The notes beneath the pieces are model-generated. The model did not search any database. It was not told the origin of the DNA and worked only from the letters and a program-made list of their open reading frames with translations. The translations under genes and the position numbers were made by a program. Of a stretch of DNA of 36,034 nucleotides, positions 1 to 9,041 are shown piece after piece. Source of the stretch: Candidatus Nitrosotenuis sp. (lineage in GTDB: Archaea > Thermoproteota > Nitrososphaeria > Nitrososphaerales > Nitrosopumilaceae); contig JBJTCW010000098.1 in assembly GCA_046092065.1 (NCBI GenBank), forward strand, positions 1 to 36,034. The letters are read 5' to 3'. The stretch's first letter is position 1. Each line of letters starts with the position of its first letter.

Positions 1-36
1 TTTAGAATATAAATGAAAATTGGCGATTACAATAAT

Positions 37-1971
37 CTAGAACAGTCTGATTGCTTCTTGTACTTGCGGATAGTGAGCCGGAACTCGGAATTGTCTGCGA
101 ATATTCATTGCCAGGCTTTCGCATTTTCTTCGCTCACCGTGGTTTACCAAGACTCGTCTAAGCTTTGGTCTAAGCTTGTGCACAAATGACATTAACTGGT
201 TGAAATCGCTGTGACCTGAGAATCCGTCCAGTTTTATCATTGAGCAGTTTACGTTGACCACTTCTACTTTGCCGTCCTTACCAAGAAGTGAAACTTGTTT
301 GGAGCCATCAAGGACTCGTCTGCCCAATGTTCCATTTACTTGGTATGAAACAAAGATGATCTTGTTTTTGTTAGATGGTGCAATGTTTCTGAAATATTCC
401 AAGACTGGGCCGCCCTCTAACATTCCAGATGTTGCCAAAATTATACATGGAGTGTTGTCGCGTAATGGTTCTTCTCTTGCATCAGAATGCTCGATATTTG
501 TGAAGTATTCAGAATTAAACGGATTGTCATCAGTTTCCAGAATCTTTTGTCGCAGCTCGCGAGCCAAATATTCCGGATATGCTTCGTGAATTGCAGTAGC
601 TTCAGAGATCATTCCCTCTGTGAACACTGGTGCTTCTACCATTTGGCCAGCCTTCATGTAGTGATCAATTACCATTAGGATTTCTTGTGCGCGACCCACT
701 GCAGGAATTGGAATCAAGACCTTGCCGCCATCAACCAAAGTATTGTTCACTGCATTGATGAATGCAGATTCTACTTCCTGTCTTGTTGGCTGGATGTCTT
801 CTCTTGCGCCGTAGGTGCTTTCTATGAGTAAAGTTTCAACTCTAGGATAATTCCACGACGCACTATCAAAGAGAATGCTTTTACCGAATTTGATATCGCC
901 AGTGTATACAAAATTGTGGTCTCCGTTTCCTATGTGGAAATGACACGTTGCAGAGCCCAAAATGTGGCCTGCATTTGAAAATACCAATTTGATGTCAGGA
1001 GATATGTCAGTTACAGTACCATATGGAATTGTAATGGTTTGCTTCATGATTTGCTTTACGTCGCGTTCTGCATACATTGGAGTCCTGCCTTGTGCAGATG
1101 CGACTCGAATAGCGTCAAGTTGAATCAGATTCATCATTGGTAGTGTAGGCTCTGTGCAGTAGATCGGTCCTTTGTAACCATATTTGCACAAGACTGGCAA
1201 AAATCCAGTGTGATCCAAGTGTGCGTGGCCGATTACAACTGCGTCTAAATCATCTAGTGTTATGTTTGTCCAATCAAGTCTTGGGTATGCTTCTGATGGA
1301 CTGCGAGCGCCTGGGTTCACACCGCAATCAATGAGAATTTTGCTCTCAGGAGTCGTCAGAATCATGCTGGATCTGCCAACTTGGCCAAATCCGCCCAATG
1401 TCATCAAAGAAACCTCTGATCTCTGAGCCAGTCTTGGCCTGAAAATGCTCTCACCAATTTGCTTGAGCTGCTTTGAGCGCTCTGTTGATGTCAATTTTAG
1501 ATTGTAATTGATTTGCTGTATGGTACTGGACTGGATTGTGGTTGCCTTTCTGATTCGAATTCTCCAGCCCATTTGCTCTGTAAGTTTGGCCATGTTGAAT
1601 TCAGGATTGTTCTGGAGCAGCCAGGGTCGCTTTACTTCAACAGAAACCTCGCCGGTTGCTGTATCAAAATAGGTCCCGCCAAGTTCTGCCTCTTTTGGCA
1701 AGGCTTCGACTATTACTTTGCGGGCGTCTTCCTCGTTTTTGCGAATAGATTCCTCAGTTCTAACTACGATTCTTTTTTTGATTACATTTACCAAATCCGA
1801 TACGATTTGGTTGTTTTCCATTAGAAATGACGGAGATTTTGTGTATAGTGCTATTCTTGGGCCCTCATAGTCGATTTTGCTCACCTGGGCCTCTTTTGGA
1901 ATACTTTGCAGTATGGTCGCCATTACACTTTGGGCTGTAGATGAATCCTTTTCCTGTTGTCTTTTTTGCAT
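37..1971 (-). CDS. fttA: Beta-CASP ribonuclease aCPSF1 / transcription termination factor FttA (KH + metallo-beta-lactamase + beta-CASP)
   Basis: N-terminal KH-like region, LGGFGQVGRS, HAHLDH, AGHILGS, YTGD, ESTYG, SGHSD and NHGE motifs; adjacent to psmB as is usual in archaea. Confidence 0.95.
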   Translation of the reverse strand: MQKRQQEKDSSTAQSVMATILQSIPKEAQVSKIDYEGPRIALYTKSPSFLMENNQIVSDLVNVIKKRIVVRTEESIRKNEEDARKVIVEALPKEAELGGTYFDTATGEVSVEVKRPWLLQNNPEFNMAKLTEQMGWRIRIRKATTIQSSTIQQINYNLKLTSTERSKQLKQIGESIFRPRLAQRSEVSLMTLGGFGQVGRSSMILTTPESKILIDCGVNPGARSPSEAYPRLDWTNITLDDLDAVVIGHAHLDHTGFLPVLCKYGYKGPIYCTEPTLPMMNLIQLDAIRVASAQGRTPMYAERDVKQIMKQTITIPYGTVTDISPDIKLVFSNAGHILGSATCHFHIGNGDHNFVYTGDIKFGKSILFDSASWNYPRVETLLIESTYGAREDIQPTRQEVESAFINAVNNTLVDGGKVLIPIPAVGRAQEILMVIDHYMKAGQMVEAPVFTEGMISEATAIHEAYPEYLARELRQKILETDDNPFNSEYFTNIEHSDAREEPLRDNTPCIILATSGMLEGGPVLEYFRNIAPSNKNKIIFVSYQVNGTLGRRVLDGSKQVSLLGKDGKVEVVNVNCSMIKLDGFSGHSDFNQLMSFVHKLRPKLRRVLVNHGERRKCESLAMNIRRQFRVPAHYPQVQEAIRLF

Positions 1972-1978
1972 TAAATCA

Positions 1979-2614
1979 CTACAAAGCTATGATGGCTTTC
2001 TTTTGCTCTTTTGTCAAAAGACGATAGCCATTTTTATCGATAATTGCAACATTGATTCCGTCGCCGGTTCCAATGTTTCTTACTATTGCTGCCTTTACAG
2101 CACGCAATGCGAGTACTTTGGCCTCTTCCACTGTTAGGTTGTCTCGGTATTCGTCTTCTAGGGTACCATATGCTACTGGCGAGCCGCTTCCTGTTGTGAC
2201 GTATTTTTTCTCTTCAACAGAGCCAAACACATCAACGTTGACCAGCTGTGGTCCTTGCTTGTCGTATCCGCCAATGAGAATATCTGCAATGAACGGATAG
2301 CCCCTGTTCTGGTGGAACATCAAAGAGCAGAGTCTTGCCAATGATCTGATTGGAATGTTTTCATTTTTCTGCACTAGGTGGATGTTTGAATGATATCTCA
2401 GAACATCTGTGATGTTTTGAGCATCTGCAACTCCGCCTGCCATTGTCATGCCGGCATGTCTTGCTAATTGTTGAACCTTCATGGTATTGTTGTTTGCAAT
2501 GAAATAGCCCGCACTTGCACGCATGTCTGCGCACAAGACAACGCCATCGCTTGCCTTGATACCTACTGTGGTTGTTCCGTGTAGAATTTTGTCTTCTACT
2601 GTATTAGCTGACAT
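1979..2614 (-). CDS. psmB: Proteasome beta subunit
   Basis: Propeptide followed by HG/TTTVG active-site Thr, ADMRAS, GSGS and GTGDG; start taken at ATG 2614 (MSANTVE). Confidence 0.95.
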   Translation of the reverse strand: MSANTVEDKILHGTTTVGIKASDGVVLCADMRASAGYFIANNNTMKVQQLARHAGMTMAGGVADAQNITDVLRYHSNIHLVQKNENIPIRSLARLCSLMFHQNRGYPFIADILIGGYDKQGPQLVNVDVFGSVEEKKYVTTGSGSPVAYGTLEDEYRDNLTVEEAKVLALRAVKAAIVRNIGTGDGINVAIIDKNGYRLLTKEQKKAIIAL

Positions 2615-2708
2615 AGAAAATACTCCTAGATGTTCTGAAATGGTTTGGACCCGTTTAAATAACTTTGGGGGGTCAGCTTGATAAGTAATAGGCTCAAGCA
2701 AAGACGTA

Positions 2709-3755
2709 ATGCGTAATTCTCCATCTCATACAATGGAACTGCCACGCCTAATTGTAGTGGGAGAAAAAAACATTGGAAACTTTGGCAAGTTTTTACTGGA
2801 TTTAGGCCAGACAAAAAAAGTCTCTATTATCGCAGGCAATAATGTTCAAAAAATTGTTAAAACAAAAATCTCAAAATCTCTAGCTGACTCTAAAATCAAC
2901 TCAATTTGGCACATGCCTAGTACAAACGATGAAAAATCAATCAAAGCAATAGAGTCCAAAGTCAAAAAGGACAGGTCTGATTTAATCGTCGGAATTGGTG
3001 GCGGCAGGTCAATTGATGTTGCAAAAATGATCTCGTATAATCTAAGAAAACCGTTTGTCAGCGTTCCTACTACTGCATCGCATGACGGAATAGCAAGCCC
3101 GTTTGTATCTATCAAGGGAGAAAAACCACATTCCTTGGTTGCAACTGCTCCGCTTGGAGTCTTTGTAGACATTGATGTCATCAAAAAAGCGCCAAAGAAG
3201 CTTTTGGCTGCCGGCTGTGGAGATTTGGTAGCAAAAATCACGGCAGTAAAGGACTGGCAACTAGGACGTGACAACACCGGGGAATACTATGGCCGTTACT
3301 CGTCAAATTTGGCATCAATGAGTGCCAAAATTCTGCTAGAGGCAACCGAAAAGAAAAAGCGACCAGACATTAGAGAAATAGTTGAAGCCCTGATCAGTGC
3401 AGGAGTTGCCTCATGTATTGCAGGAAGTAGCAGGCCTTGCTCTGGCTCTGAGCATCTATTCTCACATGCACTGGACAAGCTAGCGCCAGGTATTGGATTG
3501 CATGGAGAAAAATGCGGCCTTGGCGCAATACTGATGGCAAAACTCCAAGGGCAAGACTGGAAAAAAATTGCAAACACACTCAAAAATGTTGGCGCGCCAA
3601 CCACTGCAAAGCAAGTAGGACTAGACAAACAAACCATCGCACAAGCATTGGTAATAGCCCAGTCATTGCGTCCTGAACGATATACAATACTAAAACAGGT
3701 CAAGATGACGCAAAAGAAAGCACTAGATCTTGCAAAAAGCACGAACGTGATCTAG
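2709..3755 (+). CDS. egsA: sn-glycerol-1-phosphate dehydrogenase
   Basis: GIGGGRSIDVAK, PTTASHDG, SSRPCSGSEHLFSHALD and LHGEKC motifs. Confidence 0.95.
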   Translation: MRNSPSHTMELPRLIVVGEKNIGNFGKFLLDLGQTKKVSIIAGNNVQKIVKTKISKSLADSKINSIWHMPSTNDEKSIKAIESKVKKDRSDLIVGIGGGRSIDVAKMISYNLRKPFVSVPTTASHDGIASPFVSIKGEKPHSLVATAPLGVFVDIDVIKKAPKKLLAAGCGDLVAKITAVKDWQLGRDNTGEYYGRYSSNLASMSAKILLEATEKKKRPDIREIVEALISAGVASCIAGSSRPCSGSEHLFSHALDKLAPGIGLHGEKCGLGAILMAKLQGQDWKKIANTLKNVGAPTTAKQVGLDKQTIAQALVIAQSLRPERYTILKQVKMTQKKALDLAKSTNVI

Positions 3756-3816
3756 TAGAAATCATCCATACAAATTCTACGTTCGCATTAAATACAAAAT
3801 TCACATTTTCCATATT

Positions 3817-3939
3817 ATGACAACAAATGCATGGAAATGTTACCGATGCGATCTGACGTTCAAAGAGGAGTCATTAGCGGATCTGCACGAGAACATTTGC
3901 AATCATGAATCCCGACAAATTCGCATTGCTGTGGCATAG
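3817..3939 (+). CDS. C2H2-type zinc-finger microprotein (40 aa)
   Basis: Manual translation MTTNAWKCYRCDLTFKEESLADLHENICNHESRQIRIAVA; CxxC-x3-F-x8-H-x5-H; TTAAATA about 25 nt upstream. Confidence 0.75.
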   Translation: MTTNAWKCYRCDLTFKEESLADLHENICNHESRQIRIAVA

Positions 3940-3979
3940 GACAGTAAAGCGGATTAGTGAGAAACCCAGACCATAAAGC

Positions 3980-4084
3980 ATGAATTGCAAAAACCTCCTT
4001 GCAGGCTGTTTTCATGATTCTAAATTACATGATAACTCTGGCAAATGCCTAGTCAAGGGCTGTCGTTGTACTTCTCTGACATAA
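3980..4084 (+). CDS. Cys/His-rich putative metal-binding microprotein (34 aa)
   Basis: Manual translation MNCKNLLAGCFHDSKLHDNSGKCLVKGCRCTSLT; C-x-H-x4-H-x5-C-x4-C-x-C. Confidence 0.55.
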   Translation: MNCKNLLAGCFHDSKLHDNSGKCLVKGCRCTSLT

Positions 4085-4211
4085 CATACCATTACTAATT
4101 GGAAACTTTGTATACACAAAGCTAAAGGTGAGCTGATTGTTGACTAAGGCGCTAGTACAAATTATTAGTAAGGGTTTAAGACCAAATCTGTAAAGGTAAT
4201 TCGGTGAAAAA

Positions 4212-4364
4212 ATGAGTCAAACACTAACAAATCTGTACAGCGCAATGCTCAAGACACTAGTCGACAGACGCGCAGAGCTAGTAGCTGAAATCGAGGAAAT
4301 CAATAATCAGATTATAGAAATAAAGCAAGAAGCCAAAGAGAGCGGAATTAACGTAGCAAACTAG
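4212..4364 (+). CDS. Small coiled-coil protein (50 aa)
   Basis: Manual translation MSQTLTNLYSAMLKTLVDRRAELVAEIEEINNQIIEIKQEAKESGINVAN; heptad pattern; GGTGA Shine-Dalgarno at 4203-4207; ends 9 nt before the next gene. Confidence 0.7.
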   Translation: MSQTLTNLYSAMLKTLVDRRAELVAEIEEINNQIIEIKQEAKESGINVAN

Positions 4365-4373
4365 TCCATAATC

Positions 4374-5201
4374 ATGGATCTAGTATTTTCTGATATTCAT
4401 GCAGACATTGAGGGATTAGAAGCAATACTGGAATTAGCTAATTCATCCGAATTTCAAAGTCAATATGGCAAGTATTCAAGAATAATCAATCTTGGAGATC
4501 TCCTAGAGCGCGGAACAAGTCCAAAGCAAGTTCTGCAGAAAATGAGCGAGCTGTCAAAATCATATTCAATGATCTCTGTGATGGGAAATCATGATGAAGG
4601 GTTTTTGTACAAAAAATTCCTTTCTGGCAGCTCTTATACCAGCATCAAAGAACATGAATTGCTATCAGAAAAAGACACAGAATTCTTCAAGCAAAACAAT
4701 GATGGCACATTTGGGAATCAATATTCTATAGATGGAAAAAACAGGCTTTTCTGCGTTCACGGCGGACCTCTCAACCCAAATAAAATAACAAAAAGCGGAG
4801 ATGATCCTTGGCTGTACCAGAGAACCTGGCAAAGACTATCAGAAGAAGACTTTGAGTTTTACAGCTATTCCGGATATCACTATAAGCCAGAATCTGCATT
4901 TGTCGAGGCAAAAGCCGAACTAGATGACTTTATCATTTTATGTGGCCATCAGCACATGGAGGCAGCCATACGACAATCCAAGTCCGAAATAACAAATGTT
5001 TTGCCATTCAACTATGAAACAGAAAAGATAGGTAATCACACATTACGAAAACGACAGATCCCAATTGAGAAAAACTGTAACTATCTGATTCGCGTAGGTC
5101 TTGGCGGACCTCAAGGATACTACGGAGGCGGCTTTGCAAGGCCTCACTTTGGAATTATACAAGATGATCCAAAAACCGTAGTTCTCTTTGAGCTGGAATA
5201 G
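4374..5201 (+). CDS. Calcineurin-like metallophosphoesterase
   Basis: SDIH, GDL, GNHD, VHGG and GHQH motifs in canonical order. Confidence 0.9.
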   Translation: MDLVFSDIHADIEGLEAILELANSSEFQSQYGKYSRIINLGDLLERGTSPKQVLQKMSELSKSYSMISVMGNHDEGFLYKKFLSGSSYTSIKEHELLSEKDTEFFKQNNDGTFGNQYSIDGKNRLFCVHGGPLNPNKITKSGDDPWLYQRTWQRLSEEDFEFYSYSGYHYKPESAFVEAKAELDDFIILCGHQHMEAAIRQSKSEITNVLPFNYETEKIGNHTLRKRQIPIEKNCNYLIRVGLGGPQGYYGGGFARPHFGIIQDDPKTVVLFELE

Positions 5202-5239
5202 CACTAGATTAAAATCAATTATGGTTATACCATGATACA

Positions 5240-5866
5240 ATGAAAGCAATTGTTCTTGGCGGTTCCAAGGGAATAGGAAAGGCAATTGCAGATTCGTTAT
5301 CATCAATTGGATGTAATGTCATAGCAACATCTAGAAAAGAAATAGACACTGCAAATTTGAGCAGCGTTAAAAAATTTATCCAAAAACAAAAGCAGACAGA
5401 CATTCTAGTTTTGAATACAGGCGGCCCACCACCAAAAGAATTCTCCAAGGTAACGGAAAAAGAGTGGCAAAAATATCACAACCAATTGTTCTTGGGGTTT
5501 TGTCTCTTGCTTCAAAAGCTAAAAGTAAATGACGGCGGCTACATTTTTGTAATAACTTCTGGAGTGATCAGAGAGCCAAACCCAAGGCTTGTCATATCTA
5601 GTGCCTACAGACTTGCATTTACCGCAGTTTTTAAGCTTGCAAGCAAGCAGCTTGCAGCAAAAAAGATCAGCTGTGTCAATATAGCTCCGGGACTAATCAA
5701 CACAGACAGAGTAAAAGATCTTGGTAATGCAGAAGAAATGGCAAAAAACCATCCAATGAAAAGACTTGGCGAGCCAAGAGAAATAGGGGATTTTGTCAAG
5801 GGAATTGTTGAAAATAAAATCAAGTATCTATCTGGTGTAACTATAGTGTTTTATGGCGCAAATTAG
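5240..5866 (+). CDS. SDR family oxidoreductase
   Basis: GGSKGIG Rossmann motif, LNTGGP, NIAPG and PMKRLGEP. Confidence 0.88.
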   Translation: MKAIVLGGSKGIGKAIADSLSSIGCNVIATSRKEIDTANLSSVKKFIQKQKQTDILVLNTGGPPPKEFSKVTEKEWQKYHNQLFLGFCLLLQKLKVNDGGYIFVITSGVIREPNPRLVISSAYRLAFTAVFKLASKQLAAKKISCVNIAPGLINTDRVKDLGNAEEMAKNHPMKRLGEPREIGDFVKGIVENKIKYLSGVTIVFYGAN

Positions 5867-5885
5867 AACTTTGTAGTGTGAGAAA

Positions 5886-6428
5886 ATGAGCGCAACAGAG
5901 TCGCTACGACAGGACCATCTCAAAATAAAGAGGCTGGAAAAAATAATTATCCAATGCTACAAAAAACTATACGCAGGAAAAAACATTCCATTATCCGACA
6001 TTGAAAGAATCAACTTTGTCCTTGCAGAATTTCTAGATTCCGTTCATTATTCCAAAGAGGAAGACTCGTATTTTGCATGCGTGGCAAGCTATGATTCTCT
6101 GAAGGATGAAATTAGAAAATTCATGATAGAGCACGAGTTTTCCAGGCGAGTTGCAAAAAACATCAACAAACATCTCCAAGAATGGAAGGAAGGCAAGGAC
6201 TCGCGCGAACCAGTCGCAAGATTCCTCAAAGCTTATTCGATATATTTGGAGGATCATCTAAAAAATGAAGAAAAATTCTTCGCCAAGGCAGAAGCCGAAA
6301 TTCTATCAAAAGAAGAAGAGCAGGCAATGTATGAGCAGTTCCAGTCTGCAATGGCGGTTCCCACCAAAATGACCACAATAATGGAACACATTGAATATCT
6401 GGAGAACCAGTACTGGTTCCTTTCGTAA
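5886..6428 (+). CDS. Hemerythrin/HHE cation-binding domain protein
   Basis: L..DH, H..KEE..F, IEHE and H...EE..F repeated helical pattern. Confidence 0.85.
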   Translation: MSATESLRQDHLKIKRLEKIIIQCYKKLYAGKNIPLSDIERINFVLAEFLDSVHYSKEEDSYFACVASYDSLKDEIRKFMIEHEFSRRVAKNINKHLQEWKEGKDSREPVARFLKAYSIYLEDHLKNEEKFFAKAEAEILSKEEEQAMYEQFQSAMAVPTKMTTIMEHIEYLENQYWFLS

Positions 6429-6465
6429 AGTCTTTAAGAGCTATACCAAGGAATCAAAACTGAAA

Positions 6466-6978
6466 ATGACATTTGTTGTATGGATGACAGGTCTTCCATG
6501 TTCTGGCAAGACTACAATTGTACGAGCAATGCAAAAAATCGTACCGAACCTTGCTATTCTGGATGGGGATGAGCTGAGAGAATGGCTATCGCCAAAAGAC
6601 TTTTCCAAGGAAGGCCGAGTCGAGCACAACAAAAAGGTCGCACATTTGGCAAAACTATTGCTAAAACACAATGTTCCAGTTGGAGTTTCTCTAGTCAGCC
6701 CATTCTTTGAGAACAGAGCAGATGCAAGAAAAATCGTTGGAGACGATTCCAAGTTCTTTGAAGTCTATGTAAAATGCGCACTAGAAGAATGCGAAACAAG
6801 AGATGTCAAAGGAATGTACAAAAAAGCACGTGCGAATGAAATCAAGCAATTCACAGGTATATCAGATCCATATGACATTCCAACAAATCCAGACTTTGTG
6901 GTAGAAACCGACAAGGAGACACTGGACGAATCTGTGCAAAAACTGCTCACTTTTCTAAAATCAAAAAACACAGCCTAG
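6466..6978 (+). CDS. cysC: Adenylyl-sulfate (APS) kinase
   Basis: WMTGLPCSGKTT P-loop, LDGDELR, RDVKGMY and FTGISDPYD; start at ATG 6466. Confidence 0.93.
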   Translation: MTFVVWMTGLPCSGKTTIVRAMQKIVPNLAILDGDELREWLSPKDFSKEGRVEHNKKVAHLAKLLLKHNVPVGVSLVSPFFENRADARKIVGDDSKFFEVYVKCALEECETRDVKGMYKKARANEIKQFTGISDPYDIPTNPDFVVETDKETLDESVQKLLTFLKSKNTA

Positions 6979-7787
6979 GCACAGTATTTTCGAATAATCT
7001 CTTCATGAACTAGCCCGTTTGTCACAATTAGGCCGTTTTCATGGTTTAGCTTTTCCGTATTGTACAATACTTGATTCCCTGACATGTCTGTGATTTTTCC
7101 ACCAGATTCTGTAATCAAACAGTGAGATGCGCATGTATCCCATTGCTTTATCTTGTTTGATGTAGTCAGATACAAGTCTGCCATTCCTTGGCAAATCTCT
7201 GCGACCTTGAGTGAGCTACCTCTGCTCTCAAAGCTTGCCACACCAAGTTTTTTGAAAAACTCTTTTTCCTGATCTGTCAAGTGAAACCTGCTTCCAACTG
7301 CTTTGCACTGCGCAAGATCTCGAGTCTGACTCACTTGGAGTCTTGACCATTTGTCATTTTCAAGCTTGAATGCGCCAGAATTTTTCTGTGCCAAAAATAT
7401 TGTATTTGTTGTAGGCCTGCTTATCACTCCAAGAATGGGAATCTTGTCCTGGACTAGAGCAATCATTATGGTAAATTCTCCAGTTCTGTTTACAAAATCA
7501 CTTGTCCCATCAAGTGGATCAATAATCCAGATTCTTTTCTGCTCCAGCCTTGTCTTGTCGTCGGCATCTTCTTCTGATAAAACATGATGACTAGTAGACG
7601 ATAGAACTTGCTTGATGATGTCATTGCTTTGAAGATCTGCCTTTGTTATTGGAGAATCGTCGTCTTTGAGATGCGATGTAAAATCCTCTGCATATACTGT
7701 CATTACTGCCTGACTTGCTCTTTTTGCAGCCTCTAGTGCAATGGAGGCTTCGCTGAGTGGATTTGAAAATGGTAAATTACTAGTCAT
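6975..7787 (-). CDS. cysQ: 3'(2'),5'-bisphosphate nucleotidase (inositol monophosphatase family)
   Basis: SPITKAD, LSEE, WIIDPLDGT, GSSLK and QWDTCA; start at ATG 7787. Confidence 0.9.
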   Translation of the reverse strand: MTSNLPFSNPLSEASIALEAAKRASQAVMTVYAEDFTSHLKDDDSPITKADLQSNDIIKQVLSSTSHHVLSEEDADDKTRLEQKRIWIIDPLDGTSDFVNRTGEFTIMIALVQDKIPILGVISRPTTNTIFLAQKNSGAFKLENDKWSRLQVSQTRDLAQCKAVGSRFHLTDQEKEFFKKLGVASFESRGSSLKVAEICQGMADLYLTTSNKIKQWDTCASHCLITESGGKITDMSGNQVLYNTEKLNHENGLIVTNGLVHEEIIRKYCA

Positions 7788-7788
7788 G

Positions 7789-7998
7789 TTACTGGGCCAG
7801 TTCTGGCTTGAGAGTCCAAGCAACTCCAAGGGCCACAAATGGAATTGAGATCAAGCCCATTATCTGAATGAGTGTGTAGAATTGTTTTGTTGCCTCTTGT
7901 GGAACATTGAACAAGAACGGCAACGGAATAGACACTGCAAACCATATTGCCGAAAGCAAAATGATTGTCTTTACACGTCTTTTCTTGAGAGAATCCAA
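7789..7998 (-). CDS. Small two-TM membrane protein
   Basis: Two hydrophobic segments; abuts cysQ on the same strand. Confidence 0.7.
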   Translation of the reverse strand: MDSLKKRRVKTIILLSAIWFAVSIPLPFLFNVPQEATKQFYTLIQIMGLISIPFVALGVAWTLKPELAQ

Positions 7999-8031
7999 TG
8001 TTTCTGGCTAGTTCTTGTGTATTAAATTGAT

Positions 8032-8775
8032 TTACTTTATGGATTCGCCACCATCAAGGGGCAAAACAGCACCTGTAACCCAAGGCGAGTCCTCTTCTGA
8101 TGCAAAATACAAAGCCGCCTTGGCAACATCACTTACAGTGCCAAATCTACCGATTGGATAGGCAAAGTTCATCATGTCTCTCATTGCGGGACTGGAGAGA
8201 AACTCTGATGTCATGTCTGTTTCTACCACACCCGGACAAATGCAGTTGACGCGAATCTTGCTTTTTGCATATTCCAAAGCCCAGCATTTGGTAAGCAAAA
8301 CAAGGGCAGCCTTTGATGCAGAATATGCATCCGCATTGAAATTCTCATATGCCTTCAAACCAGCAGATGATGCGATATTGATTATTGCTCCTCCATTTTT
8401 TTGCAAATGAGGAATTGAATATTTTGTAGCATAAAACGGCCCATTCAAGTTTACATCTAAAACGTCACGCCACTCAGAATCTGAAATCTCGTGCAGTAAC
8501 TTGATCTTGGGAAAAATCCCCGCGTTATTCACTAGTATGTCTAGCTTGCCAAATTTCTCTACAGTCTTGTTGATTAAATTTTGAACCTCTGCTTCTTTTC
8601 TCATGTCTGCAGGTATAGCAAATGCTCCAAGCTCCTTTGCAGTCTCGTCCAGCTTTGCCTTGTTTGTACCAGAAATTACTATGGTTGCGCCATTTTGGGC
8701 AAATTCCTTTGCAATCGCTTTTCCAATTCCACGACTGCCGCCGGTTATCAGTGCGACCTTTCCTGCAAGTTTCAT
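8032..8775 (-). CDS. Classical SDR oxidoreductase (FabG-like)
   Basis: TGGSRGIG, NNAG, YSASK catalytic motif and LDGG. Confidence 0.92.
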   Translation of the reverse strand: MKLAGKVALITGGSRGIGKAIAKEFAQNGATIVISGTNKAKLDETAKELGAFAIPADMRKEAEVQNLINKTVEKFGKLDILVNNAGIFPKIKLLHEISDSEWRDVLDVNLNGPFYATKYSIPHLQKNGGAIINIASSAGLKAYENFNADAYSASKAALVLLTKCWALEYAKSKIRVNCICPGVVETDMTSEFLSSPAMRDMMNFAYPIGRFGTVSDVAKAALYFASEEDSPWVTGAVLPLDGGESIK

Positions 8776-8907
8776 TTTCTATTCTAGAATCATTCTGCTA
8801 ATATGGCTGTTTGAAAAATACTTGCAAAAATTATTTCATTAAATATAGATCTATGATGTAAAAATTCACACTAATTCTTAAATAAGATAAATTCCTATAT
8901 GAAATAA

Positions 8908-9041
8908 TGCGAAAGGACATAAATCCTATCGACTAATGGGCGCGTGACCCAGTAGAACTGATTTGTGTCCCAAAATGACGCATTGGCGTCTGGATAAGAG
9001 AGGTGTTCTCTCATGGTTCTACGCTTGGGGTCACGCCAGTC
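8908..9041 (+). ncRNA. Candidate structured non-coding RNA, family not recognised
   Basis: Nested helices GCGTGACCC 8942-8950/GGGTCACGC 9028-9036 and GTAGAAC 8952-8958/GTTCTAC 9016-9022; hairpins GACGC/GCGTC and GAGAG/CTCTC; GC-rich island in an AT-rich spacer; TTAAATAA at 8878. Confidence 0.6.

Noticed and set aside
2615-2701. N-terminal extension of psmB in the ORF track
   Set aside because: It covers the divergent psmB/egsA promoter region; ATG 2614 gives a normal short propeptide
8931-9041. Considered as tRNA, 5S rRNA, hammerhead ribozyme or TPP/cobalamin riboswitch
   Set aside because: Lacks the T-loop and cloverleaf, the CUGAUGA/GAAA core and the riboswitch consensus blocks; retained only as an unknown RNA
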